From positions 32,001 to 96,000 of the IMG/VR virus record IMGVR_UViG_3300021400_001341: a stretch of 64,000 nucleotides of DNA, one strand, 5' to 3'. The notes under the pieces were generated by a model. The model was given only the letters and a program-made list of their open reading frames with translations. It made no database searches and had not been told where the DNA came from. This document shows positions 41,295 through 51,085 of the stretch, in pieces; within the stretch, counting starts at the first letter, position 1; every line of letters begins with the position of its first letter. The stretch is from a virus (taxonomy: Duplodnaviria; Caudoviricetes). The position numbers and the translations under genes were made by a program.

Positions 41295-42148
41295 TCCTCC
41301 TTATTTAGCAGGTCTGCCAGTTTTGCTGTTTCGCTTCTTACAGATTCCTGCAAATGTATATAAGAAAACAACCTATTGCCCTGAAGTCTGGTAATCGCCG
41401 CTTCAAGCCCGTTGTCTTCTTCAAACGCTTTTGCGTCAATCTGGCGGCAATCACCTTCCAGAATTAAAATAGATCCTTCTGCTACTCGTCCAAGCAAAAG
41501 CTGAACATGCTCTCTCGTAAGATGTTCTGCTTCTGTTGCAAATATAATGCTGTTGGAAATGTTTCTTCCTCGAAGAAAACCAAGATGCTCAACTTCTACA
41601 GACCCTCTTTCGATAGCTTGCTCAAATTGGTCTACTCCTCCAAGAAAGTCAATAAGTGGACCAGCCCATACAGCCATCTTCTCTAGATAAGATCCTTTCA
41701 GAAAGCCTATTGAGTTTGAATTCTTAACTTCAATTGTGTTTCTCACATATGTAAGTTTTTCAAACTTGCCTTCTTCGATAGCTTTAAAAGCGAATGCAAG
41801 TCCAAGAAAGGACTTGCCGCTTCCAAAAGGACCGGATATTGTTTTCACTGTAACAGTTGGATCATCAAGCATATCCATTAAGCATTCCTGCTCAACATTT
41901 TTTGCTTTTATTTTTCCATGAATTGAAGACGAAAACGGTTTGGGGATAACACGTTTCATTTCTCCGTCCTGCCATTTCAGGCGGTCAGCAACAGTCCCAT
42001 CTTCATTCATCAGAACCAGATACTCGTTCTCTTTCAGCAGGAATGGATTCTTCTTCTGTTCCTTGTAAAGAATTTCCACGTTCGGTGCTGAAGTCGATAC
42101 TTTCAAATAGCCCTGATATGTTGTTCCTACGCTCCGCATACCATTCAC
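41291..42148 (-). CDS. phoH: PhoH-family ATPase
   Basis: GPFGSGKS, GFLRGR, GDCRQID and VRSETA motifs. Confidence 0.9.
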   Translation of the reverse strand: MNGMRSVGTTYQGYLKVSTSAPNVEILYKEQKKNPFLLKENEYLVLMNEDGTVADRLKWQDGEMKRVIPKPFSSSIHGKIKAKNVEQECLMDMLDDPTVTVKTISGPFGSGKSFLGLAFAFKAIEEGKFEKLTYVRNTIEVKNSNSIGFLKGSYLEKMAVWAGPLIDFLGGVDQFEQAIERGSVEVEHLGFLRGRNISNSIIFATEAEHLTREHVQLLLGRVAEGSILILEGDCRQIDAKAFEEDNGLEAAITRLQGNRLFSYIHLQESVRSETAKLADLLNKEE

Positions 42149-42397
42149 CTACCGTCGATCTTATTTTCCTGATGTATTCCTCTTCATCCTTCGGAAGGAG
42201 TTCGAACGGACCTGGATGTTTCTTCGAATCAGTCATTCCGACTTTGAATGTTCTGAACAGGTTATACCGCCGATCTTTGTAAATCATCTGGAAATTGTTT
42301 ATTGCATAATTTTTATTTCTGGCATAACAGAACGCAATTTCCTCTACGTTTGGATGGTGACCCATCTCAACCCTGTAGATATATGTTATCTTCTCGC

Positions 42398-42970
42398 TCA
42401 TTTCTGAGCCTCCTCAATTTGATGATTTTGAATCAGCCATGCAATTGCGACAGCTGTTGCGTCTGACTCGTCATCGTTTTTATATTCCTGTTTTCCGACG
42501 TAATCGGACAGGGCGTTGGCAACATCCTGCTTTTCAGCTTTGCCAGACCCCGCGACCAGACATTTAATTGTTACCGGGTATATTTCATACCATTCTTTGT
42601 TGTCAAGATAATAGTCCATTATCCCAACAACCTTGGCAACATCTCTTTCGGATGGCACTTTTTTATTCATGACCATCTTTTCACGAACATAAAATATCCA
42701 GTCGTCACAGAATGGCAGATCTGTTTCTGCAATAAAATCATTAAACGCAGAATATATTTCTCGTAAAATCTGCCCATGTGATTTATTACGTTTTGTTTTG
42801 TTGTCTACTGACATCAAACTTACGTTTACAATGTTTGCAACACCGGCTCTGTTAACAACTTCCAACAGACAAAATCCCGGTCTTCTTAGGCTTAAGTCTG
42901 CTCCACAAACATAATAATGCTGAGGAAATATAATCTCTTCAGTCGGCGTAGCCTCTTTCTTTTTAGGCAT
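42398..42970 (-). CDS. RuvC-like Holliday junction resolvase
   Basis: GADLSLRRPG, VRE, GSGKAEKQDV and DESDATAVA motifs. Confidence 0.8.
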   Translation of the reverse strand: MPKKKEATPTEEIIFPQHYYVCGADLSLRRPGFCLLEVVNRAGVANIVNVSLMSVDNKTKRNKSHGQILREIYSAFNDFIAETDLPFCDDWIFYVREKMVMNKKVPSERDVAKVVGIMDYYLDNKEWYEIYPVTIKCLVAGSGKAEKQDVANALSDYVGKQEYKNDDESDATAVAIAWLIQNHQIEEAQK

Positions 42971-42981
42971 ACGCTTTCTCC

Positions 42982-43782
42982 TTATTCGCGGTTAAGTTTT
43001 GATATAAGTTCAGCTCTTGCGTCGCATGCTTCATCCGGAGTATTGTATGTTCCTGCAAGATATTTTTTTCCTTTGTGATAGTACACAGCTTGGTATTTTC
43101 CATAGTGCCAATAAACGCCCTTAAACGGGTTTATTTTACATTGTTTATTGAATGTGTCTATTAGTTCATTCACACGATTGGAGACGTCTTTTAGGCACTT
43201 CTGCATGGCAACAGTTGCCTCTTCCTCAGTGCTGAATCCGTATTCATAGAAACGCTGGCCATAACGCACAATTTCGTATTCCCACTTTTTGCCGTGCAGT
43301 CTTACATGCTTAGCGTTTGTGTTGCTTGCATTTTCAGATCGTGTAACAATTCGTAGATTTTGTTTGCGATTATCCAGAGAATTACGATTGATATGATCTA
43401 TTTCCATCGGCCCATAATAATCAAGAATCAGCCGATGCAGCTTTAAATGTGTTGGGTGTTTTGAATAAATATAAGTTTGTGTTTTTGTCGGAAGTACATT
43501 CCATTTTCTTTTAGATACCTTATCAACATCTTCAAGATCAATAATGGTTACAGCAACTATTTCATTTCTTTTATTGCGTATAACCATTTCAGCATAGTCT
43601 TCATGTTTGATAATTTCATTTTTATCATGTGTTGTACGAGCTGTTGGATCTGTGATCATATCATATTTTTTTAGCTGTATATAATGTTTATCACATAGAA
43701 ACATATTATGCTTAGAACGATATGAAACTTTTTTTGTTTCATTTGTGACTCCGCAGACATCACATGTCTTTATTGTTTTCAC
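42982..43782 (-). CDS. HNH homing endonuclease with AP2-like domains
   Basis: LHRLI..IDHINRNSLDNRKQNLR; KGVYW...GTYNTPDEA..AR. Confidence 0.85.
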   Translation of the reverse strand: MKTIKTCDVCGVTNETKKVSYRSKHNMFLCDKHYIQLKKYDMITDPTARTTHDKNEIIKHEDYAEMVIRNKRNEIVAVTIIDLEDVDKVSKRKWNVLPTKTQTYIYSKHPTHLKLHRLILDYYGPMEIDHINRNSLDNRKQNLRIVTRSENASNTNAKHVRLHGKKWEYEIVRYGQRFYEYGFSTEEEATVAMQKCLKDVSNRVNELIDTFNKQCKINPFKGVYWHYGKYQAVYYHKGKKYLAGTYNTPDEACDARAELISKLNRE

Positions 43783-44925
43783 ACGGTTTCACCTCAGTTA
43801 GTATTTTCGCTCTTCCATTTTCTTTCCGCACATAGGACAGAAAGCAAATGTTGGCTTATCAGAAGACCAGTCAAAGTTTCTCGGAGGTTTCCATGCTTTT
43901 TCAGCTTTCCTGGGTCTCCATAAAGCATCAAAAAAAGCCCCGCATTCGGAGCAGTTCCATCCACAGAATGATGCATTTAACAACAATTTGGCTGGGGTAT
44001 CCAAACTGATCACCTCTTAAAGAATAAGGGCAGGAGTCCATCCCTGCCCCGTTGAGATTTTATATTATTCCTTTTCGAGCTTACGGTATTCTTCGTCGAG
44101 AATTTCGTTCAGTTCCATCTCGGCGCTTGCCAAAGCGTCGCCAGCGTTTCTCTGTGCAGTTTTATGATTATCAATCTCATCGAGTAATTCGTGAATCTTT
44201 TTGTTGGCTTCCTGAGATTTAATCTCCATAAACGGCTCCTCCTTGTTGGCTCGGATCATTTCCATTAGATCGTTTTGGTCTTCGTCACCGTAATTATCTT
44301 CGTCCTCATAATAGCTCAAGGACATCTCTCCTTTCATAATCAAAATAGGTAATCAACTATATATGAGAACCGTTGGACGAGGCGGTTGTCATCTCAACAA
44401 ATTTATCTTTGAATTGATTGATTCTAAAGAACGGCAACGTTCTGGTAACAGGATTAAACTCTTTTAAAGCTTTTTCAGACCATTCCATATGGAAAAACCT
44501 TGGATTCTGGCTTGTGTTTATTCGATAATCCTGATCGCCGATAACTCCTATTTTTCCGCATATTGGACAGTATTTTCCAATTGTAAGTTCAGCAGTTTTA
44601 TAAAAGCCTTTTTCCTTAGAGTAACCAACAGAGTCTGTTTCATAAACACAGTTTTCCCATTCATGTTTATGGTTCGACTTTTTCGGTGTTTTCTTTTGTG
44701 ACTTCTTCCGGTATTTCGGTACATCCTCCATTTTCAGCCTCCAGTAAAGCTTGGAACACATCTGGATCTATGTCTTTCATGGATTTTTGCTGAAACACAA
44801 TGTTTGTGCATTCAACTCTTAATGTTGGCTGCATATCATATCCGGTTGACATAGAACACTCAACAACTTTTCCTTTGATTATATTGCCGCTATTATCTGT
44901 TATATAAACATCGCACAGATTTCTA

Positions 44926-45294
44926 TCAAATATCATCTCCGACATCCTCTTCGAAATCTTCGTCGTCGCCTTCGTATGCTTTTACTTCTTGTGATTCTTT
45001 GCCGTTAGGCCATTCATTTGCTTTTTTGATTAACGTCATTATCCTTCTGACCGTTAGAGGAGAAGCTATTACTGTTCCGTTATCAAGAAATACAGCTGAT
45101 TTTGCTTTGTTGGTTCCAGCTGCGTTAATCAGCGTGCCGTTCTTTTTTTCTGCGGCTATTGTCTTTCTTGCCTGATAAATTTCAGTAGACATCATTGCCA
45201 CAATTCGCGTAGCGCATACAGCAACATCAAACTGCTTATTATCGCTTCTTCCAACGCTCACCTTCACGAAATTCAGGGGCAGCATATAACCCAT
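44926..45294 (-). CDS. RemA/DUF370-like regulator
   Basis: RIVAMMS...ARKTI...GTLINAAG..KAKSAVFLDNGTVIASPLTV matches the RemA pattern as recalled from memory. Confidence 0.6.
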   Translation of the reverse strand: MGYMLPLNFVKVSVGRSDNKQFDVAVCATRIVAMMSTEIYQARKTIAAEKKNGTLINAAGTNKAKSAVFLDNGTVIASPLTVRRIMTLIKKANEWPNGKESQEVKAYEGDDEDFEEDVGDDI

Positions 45295-45310
45295 ACGGAT
45301 ACACCTTCCT

Positions 45311-45350
45311 ATAAAAAATGAATCGAGGGGCGCTTTTGATGCGCCCCTCG
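45311..45350 (-). terminator. Rho-independent terminator
   Basis: CGAGGGGCGC/GCGCCCCTCG stem with a U-tract on the - strand. Confidence 0.65.
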
Positions 45351-45389
45351 GAAACTCCCGTATAGATTATTTTGAGAAAATCTTATTAT

Positions 45390-45734
45390 TTAAAAGTCGA
45401 CGAACCCATCGTCGGGAAAGAACCCAACTTGATCCGCTAACAATCCATCTGCGACAAACCCTTCATATCCTCCAGCTGAATTAAACACTTCATCGTATCC
45501 AAGAGGGCCTTCCATTGTAAATCCTGCATACTGTCCTTCTGAATTAAAGTGATCTTGATCAGCGATTAATCCATCCATCGAAAAACCTACACAATGTCCA
45601 GATGAATCAAAGTGATCCTGCACCCCATCTAAGACTCCATCCATGCTAAAGCCTACAAGACGGCCGGACTCATCAAAATGATCCGTTACGCCATCAAAGA
45701 ATCCAGGCATACTAAAATATACACTCATGTTCAT
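45390..45734 (-). CDS. Highly acidic tandem-repeat protein
   Basis: Four to five ~21-aa repeats of the form DHFxxxGxxxGFSMDGxx. Confidence 0.6.
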   Translation of the reverse strand: MNMSVYFSMPGFFDGVTDHFDESGRLVGFSMDGVLDGVQDHFDSSGHCVGFSMDGLIADQDHFNSEGQYAGFTMEGPLGYDEVFNSAGGYEGFVADGLLADQVGFFPDDGFVDF

Positions 45735-45766
45735 TTCTCCTTATTAGTTTCAGTCGGGAGTTATAG

Positions 45767-48700
45767 TTAAGCAGTCTTTATTATCATGTATTTTGATACC
45801 CAATATTCTTTTTCTCCCGGAATAGGAATTCGCTGTCCGTCCTTATATGAGAATCTTGGGGACTCTCTTCCTTCGATTATTCTCAAGATCTGATTTGGCT
45901 CAAACGGATGTTTTGCAAAATCATCTTTTCGAATTCGGACATCTCCTGTCTTTCCGGTACGAATAGAATATAACTTAGCCTTGGCTCCATACTTTGTATC
46001 GACTTCTCGTACAAAATACAAGCTTTGTTTCATGTCAGGCTCAGAAGTCAGGCATAGTCCTATGTTATCATGTTCGCATATCAGTCGTTGAGAGATCGGT
46101 AGTGGAATATCTTCCTGTGCTTTTTCGAACTCACGACATGCATTAAGCCTGGCTTCAAATGATTTTACAGTTTTTGTCAGCTTTTTCTCTCCGTTAAAGA
46201 ATTCTTCATATACATTCATTAGCTTTCCGGACTGTCCAAAGTCACTGAAATAATCAAGTTCGATCAAGATTTTTAACGTTCTTGTGTCGACCGGCGTATT
46301 CATTTGAATAGCCCGCAAAACATCAGTAAATGTATCATATTTCTTTTGACCGATTTCATATAACGCTCTTGCGTCTGCTTTGGAAATATATCTGATTGAT
46401 GACAGTGACTGCGATATTGTGCGGTTTTCTTTATCTGCGGTCCAGTCTCTGTTGTCTTGTCCAAACTTTCCTGGAATCAGTCTTATCTCTTTGTATCTTC
46501 TCATTTCAGAAATGATTTGGGCAATTTTATCTTTGTTTTTCTTTTCATCGTATAGTTTTAATAACGTTATATACAGCTCATATGGATAATGAACCTTCAG
46601 CCATGCTGCATACAGACTGTCACAAGCCATACTAAACGCATGAGCGGCACAGAACATATAGTTGGCAGCATTTTCAATGATTGTCCAGACCTGCTCAACA
46701 ACCTTGTGAGCCTTTGCTTCGTCTGCGCCTTCTGTTTGTTTAAGGTAATTCGTAAATCCTTCTTTAAACCTTTCCTTGTACGAAGCTACTTTGTCGGCCT
46801 TCTTTTTCTTAATGGCCTTGGTCGCAGCATAAGCATCAGCCGCAGGAATGCCAGCCGCAATAAGTATTTGAAGAATCTGTTCATCATACAACAAGAATGA
46901 ATCCGGTATTTCTTTTGTGGCCAACAGCTTATCAAGTGAGGGTATGTTATACGCAAACCTGTCCCTTGATATGAATGTGTTTAGCATTGACTTAAAACCA
47001 GGCCGAATGCCGGCTATGAATGCTGTCAACTCACATACATTCTTTGGCTTGTACTGCATGACCCTCTGTGTTGACTTTTCCCGTTCGACCTGATTGAGAG
47101 CCATCGTATAACCTTTAGCATATAGATCCCAGATTTCTGGTTCGTTCTCTGCCGCTTTAAGCAGCTCATCAACGGTCATCACGGGAATACCAACAAGATT
47201 AAACGTTTCATAGATTAGTTTTACGACATCAACTCTTAGAAAGTCGGCCTTCAAATAGTTGTAGGAATCAGCAGTTTTACCGTCAATGAATGCTGCGTAT
47301 ACCGGTTCTTTCCCGCCGGACTTTGATTTGACTCGTATTACTCCGATCTCTTTCCTGATGTCTTTATCCAACAACAAATGAGCGCATGGGTGTGGCACCA
47401 GAGTCGTGATAATTCCACGGTACTGTTTTGATGCTTCTATCAGTTCAAGATACTTTTCATCTATATAGTTCTCGATATGAATATCGTCGTTTACATCGTA
47501 ATCTGGATCGTCAGCATTGTTTTCAATTGCATGCTTTACATCCATTTCATAGTTCTTAATCTGCTTTGATATTTCATTTGAAGTTTCAAAGTCGAGATCT
47601 CTGGCTCTTGCCAGAAGCTTGAACGCTGATAGCGTCTTGACCGTACCGTATGCGATCATCGGCAGGCATCCATATTCTCCAAGAACTTCCTTTCCGGCTT
47701 TCTCAAATGCCGGAACGTTCGCCATATTCAGATCCAAGTCCGGAAGACCATTGACCAATCTATCCTTTGAAATAAATCTTTCGGGATACATCTTCACAGG
47801 GCAATGAAGTCTATTAATCGAACTGAATCCAAGCGAGTAATTTGTAGAGAATGAAGCGCCAGATCCTCTGCCAGTCTTTGTTAAAACACCACCGTACTGG
47901 ATGCCTTTTTCAACTATCTCTTTCAGAATAAGGAAATAATCTGCGGTACCAGTATCCGTGATCATATCCATTTCCTTATGGATCTCAGCTGCTTCCTGCG
48001 GATTTGGCATGCCGGACTTCTGAATGTATTCATTGCATACTGTTTTCTTAAACAGAAAATTTCTGCGATCCATCGGAAGTTCCGGATGGGAATTTGGTAT
48101 CTTCTTTTCGTTAGTAAAACTGACTCCTTCAAACTCTCTGAGAATCAATGTGTTTTCCATTGCTTCCTGTATTCTGGAATTAGAAAACACTCCTTGCTGA
48201 TGGAACATCTCGACGGCTTCTTCGGCCGTCGGAAGATACAGAAGAAACTCGTCTTCCTGACCATACGTTATGCCGGATGACAACAACAGCTCTCTTCTTA
48301 ATTCTTTTTCCTCTTTGTAAACATAGTGACTGTCTGTGCCATAAATCAGCGGCCATTTGTATTTCTGATACAGCTTCTGAATCTTCTGATTCGTTTCTAC
48401 CTGAATTTCCTGCGGATGATGCTGAATTTCCAGATAAAAACTGTCTCTGAATATCTCATGAAGCTGACAAGCAAGCTGCTCATAAGTTGGATCTTTCATG
48501 ATTCCACCAACACACGCAGTCGTACATATGAAATTATTTCTATTCAGCATTCCCAGAAGTTCAAAGTCAACTCTTGCATGATAATAAAATCCTGTAAGAT
48601 TTGCTTCTGATAATATTTGATTCAGCTGATAGAATCCTTCCATATTCTTAGCAATAAGGATCAAGTGAAAGTTTCTGTTGTCCTTCTTTCCATCGATTTC

Positions 48701-48955
48701 AATCTTTCTGTCTGGAACAAAATAGACTTCTGCTGCAGCCAAAGGTGTCAGCTTGAACGTGTCGTCTGAATACTTCTTTGCCAGTTCAAACTGTTGCCAG
48801 ACGTTCGAACGGTTTCCATGTTCTGAAATACACAATATATGGTGTCCACGTTCTTTATAAACCTTGGCATAATCCTCAATGGACATGGTGCTGTCAGGAG
48901 CTGTTAATGCGTTACTATAACTTGAGTGTACATGGTACGGTTCAAACTGTAACAT
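45767..48955 (-). CDS. dnaE: DNA polymerase III alpha subunit (family C)
   Basis: PHP domain HVHS, GRGSG, PDLD, KADFL and YMFCAAHA motifs. Confidence 0.93.
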   Translation of the reverse strand: MLQFEPYHVHSSYSNALTAPDSTMSIEDYAKVYKERGHHILCISEHGNRSNVWQQFELAKKYSDDTFKLTPLAAAEVYFVPDRKIEIDGKKDNRNFHLILIAKNMEGFYQLNQILSEANLTGFYYHARVDFELLGMLNRNNFICTTACVGGIMKDPTYEQLACQLHEIFRDSFYLEIQHHPQEIQVETNQKIQKLYQKYKWPLIYGTDSHYVYKEEKELRRELLLSSGITYGQEDEFLLYLPTAEEAVEMFHQQGVFSNSRIQEAMENTLILREFEGVSFTNEKKIPNSHPELPMDRRNFLFKKTVCNEYIQKSGMPNPQEAAEIHKEMDMITDTGTADYFLILKEIVEKGIQYGGVLTKTGRGSGASFSTNYSLGFSSINRLHCPVKMYPERFISKDRLVNGLPDLDLNMANVPAFEKAGKEVLGEYGCLPMIAYGTVKTLSAFKLLARARDLDFETSNEISKQIKNYEMDVKHAIENNADDPDYDVNDDIHIENYIDEKYLELIEASKQYRGIITTLVPHPCAHLLLDKDIRKEIGVIRVKSKSGGKEPVYAAFIDGKTADSYNYLKADFLRVDVVKLIYETFNLVGIPVMTVDELLKAAENEPEIWDLYAKGYTMALNQVEREKSTQRVMQYKPKNVCELTAFIAGIRPGFKSMLNTFISRDRFAYNIPSLDKLLATKEIPDSFLLYDEQILQILIAAGIPAADAYAATKAIKKKKADKVASYKERFKEGFTNYLKQTEGADEAKAHKVVEQVWTIIENAANYMFCAAHAFSMACDSLYAAWLKVHYPYELYITLLKLYDEKKNKDKIAQIISEMRRYKEIRLIPGKFGQDNRDWTADKENRTISQSLSSIRYISKADARALYEIGQKKYDTFTDVLRAIQMNTPVDTRTLKILIELDYFSDFGQSGKLMNVYEEFFNGEKKLTKTVKSFEARLNACREFEKAQEDIPLPISQRLICEHDNIGLCLTSEPDMKQSLYFVREVDTKYGAKAKLYSIRTGKTGDVRIRKDDFAKHPFEPNQILRIIEGRESPRFSYKDGQRIPIPGEKEYWVSKYMIIKTA

Positions 48956-49574
48956 GGTTTCGTACCATCCTTTTGTTTATGGGTTCAGTGATTGCTCTAT
49001 CAAGACTCCATCCATTCTGAATTCTTGAACGCAATGTTAAAGGTGATATTTTATATTTTCGAGCCAAGTCTGTTAAACATAACTGTTCTCCATCTATTGG
49101 ATCAGTTATTATATGCCAACGAGTTGTTTCACAGTGTTGCTGAGTTAATGCTCTTTCCAAAGGCATATTGTATTTATCGATTCTTTTTCTAAATGTTTCT
49201 TCTGGAATATTGTATTTTCTTGCAATTGCGGCTAAACATAGCTGTTCTCCGTCAAATGGATCAATAAAGCATCTATTGTTTCTTCTATTTCTTTGTTGTT
49301 CTTCTAACGTTATAAATCGACAATTATCAGGATCATAATTTTTATTTGTGTCAATTCTATCTATGCTTAAACCAGGTTCAAATCCATTGCTTAAGCTCCA
49401 TTCAAAGAAGTTCGAAAACTTTCGCCACTCATTGCAAACAGTTATACCACGTCCACCATAATTGGCATAGTTTGGAGAGTTTGGATTTATGCATCTTGTT
49501 ATCATTGAACCCCATTTACATCTTAATATTTTATATTCTTTGGGATACAATTTCTTTAATTTAGAAGCACTCAA
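48942..49574 (-). CDS. HNH-type homing endonuclease
   Basis: YGGRGITVCNEW, SIDRIDTNKNYDPDNCRF..QQRNRR; duplicated C-terminal HTH. Confidence 0.85.
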   Translation of the reverse strand: MSASKLKKLYPKEYKILRCKWGSMITRCINPNSPNYANYGGRGITVCNEWRKFSNFFEWSLSNGFEPGLSIDRIDTNKNYDPDNCRFITLEEQQRNRRNNRCFIDPFDGEQLCLAAIARKYNIPEETFRKRIDKYNMPLERALTQQHCETTRWHIITDPIDGEQLCLTDLARKYKISPLTLRSRIQNGWSLDRAITEPINKRMVRNHVTV

Positions 49575-49843
49575 TCACATCACTCCTTAAGATATTATTA
49601 GATTCCTTTACTGACGACAACTCCGTTGATTACTCTATATTTTCTTGTTTTAGTTACACGTCCATTAGAACTTATGTGAGTTTCGTAAATTGTATTAATT
49701 TTATTTTCTTTTGCGAATTGCCGTGCATCAGACAGCTTTTCAAACATATGCTTTTCGTTTTCAATATCATATACGGCAAACCATAGACGCCTTATTTTTT
49801 CTTTTTTAGGTTTACAGTTTTTCAAAATTCTTCTCATCCTCCC

Positions 49844-50635
49844 TTATTTCTTTCCGTTCGGACATTCTCTGCGCACACCGCATATCTCCATGCAATAGAA
49901 ATCCTGTTTCTTGCATTCAAGCCAGTCAAGTACTTCATACGTTTCTATTTTATGGATTATGTCTGAAGCCCATCCTATTGCACTTCTAAATTGATCCAGC
50001 GTGAACAACCGTTCCATCTTTTTTCCACCTTCGTTGAACAGGTGGAACATGCACGAATACGGCCATTCTCCATACTGTTCCTGAACATATGCCGCATATA
50101 AAAGCTGTTGCATGTACATTGCATTTTCTGCCTTCTTAAATGCAGATAACGACTTGGACTTGTGGTCACAAATGATTAGTTCATTACTCCAGTTCTTCCT
50201 CAGAATCATATCCACAATGCCTGTAAATTTGCGCGTAGACCCGTTTGTAAGTGGAAGATCGATCGTGAACTTCTCCTCGGCTGAGACGACCTTATAACCA
50301 TCAAATTCGTCGAAATTCGTAAGGAAATCAATTCCCTGCTGATATGCTTTTTCTGTATAACCTTTAGCCGCCAGCATACGAGGAAATGCTGTTACGACCT
50401 CATTCGAATATCTGCGTTCGTATTCATGAACCATATCTTCTTTCGTAAGAATTTTCTTTGCCCACTTATCCAGAAGATCGTGAATTAAAGATCCTCGTTC
50501 GGCAAATCCATTTGACACTGTTTCTTGAACGCTTTCAATACGTTGAAGATAAAATGAGTAAGGGCATTCGTCGAACGAGGACAGCTGAGAATAACTATAC
50601 ACATGTTTTTCGGGTATTAATCCCAACGGAATCAC
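49844..50635 (-). CDS. PD-(D/E)XK exonuclease (RecB/Cas4-like)
   Basis: SYSQLSSFDECP, RGSLIH, GIVD..ICDHKS, QQLLYA and a C-terminal Cys cluster. Confidence 0.85.
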   Translation of the reverse strand: MIPLGLIPEKHVYSYSQLSSFDECPYSFYLQRIESVQETVSNGFAERGSLIHDLLDKWAKKILTKEDMVHEYERRYSNEVVTAFPRMLAAKGYTEKAYQQGIDFLTNFDEFDGYKVVSAEEKFTIDLPLTNGSTRKFTGIVDMILRKNWSNELIICDHKSKSLSAFKKAENAMYMQQLLYAAYVQEQYGEWPYSCMFHLFNEGGKKMERLFTLDQFRSAIGWASDIIHKIETYEVLDWLECKKQDFYCMEICGVRRECPNGKK

Positions 50636-51085
50636 CTCTGTTCTATCAGGATTTCATCGACATAAAATTCTTTGCCTGCGGCCTCATAGCCGCATTCGTA
50701 ACATTGCCACAAGTCCTGATCATCTGGTTCATGCGTTACACAGATACAATCGTCTTTTACTTCTGTGCATAATCCATATTCATCCAGCAACCATTCCTGC
50801 ACTACATGACCACAGGCAATAAACCTTTTTCCTTTACACTTCGGACATATTCTCATTTTCTATTCTCCGATGATGTCTCTTGCTCTATCCAATGACGCAG
50901 CCACAGTATAGATAAACGAATCAACAATCCTATCATTTTCGTCAACTTCACCAATGACTGTTGTGCACTCATGGTTGTTGTTTTGTGAATCCAGCCATTG
51001 TTCTGCCTGAGCGATTGTCGGAAATCTGTCCGATATTCTCCCAGATGGCATAATCAATATTGCTATATATTTCATCATATACTCC

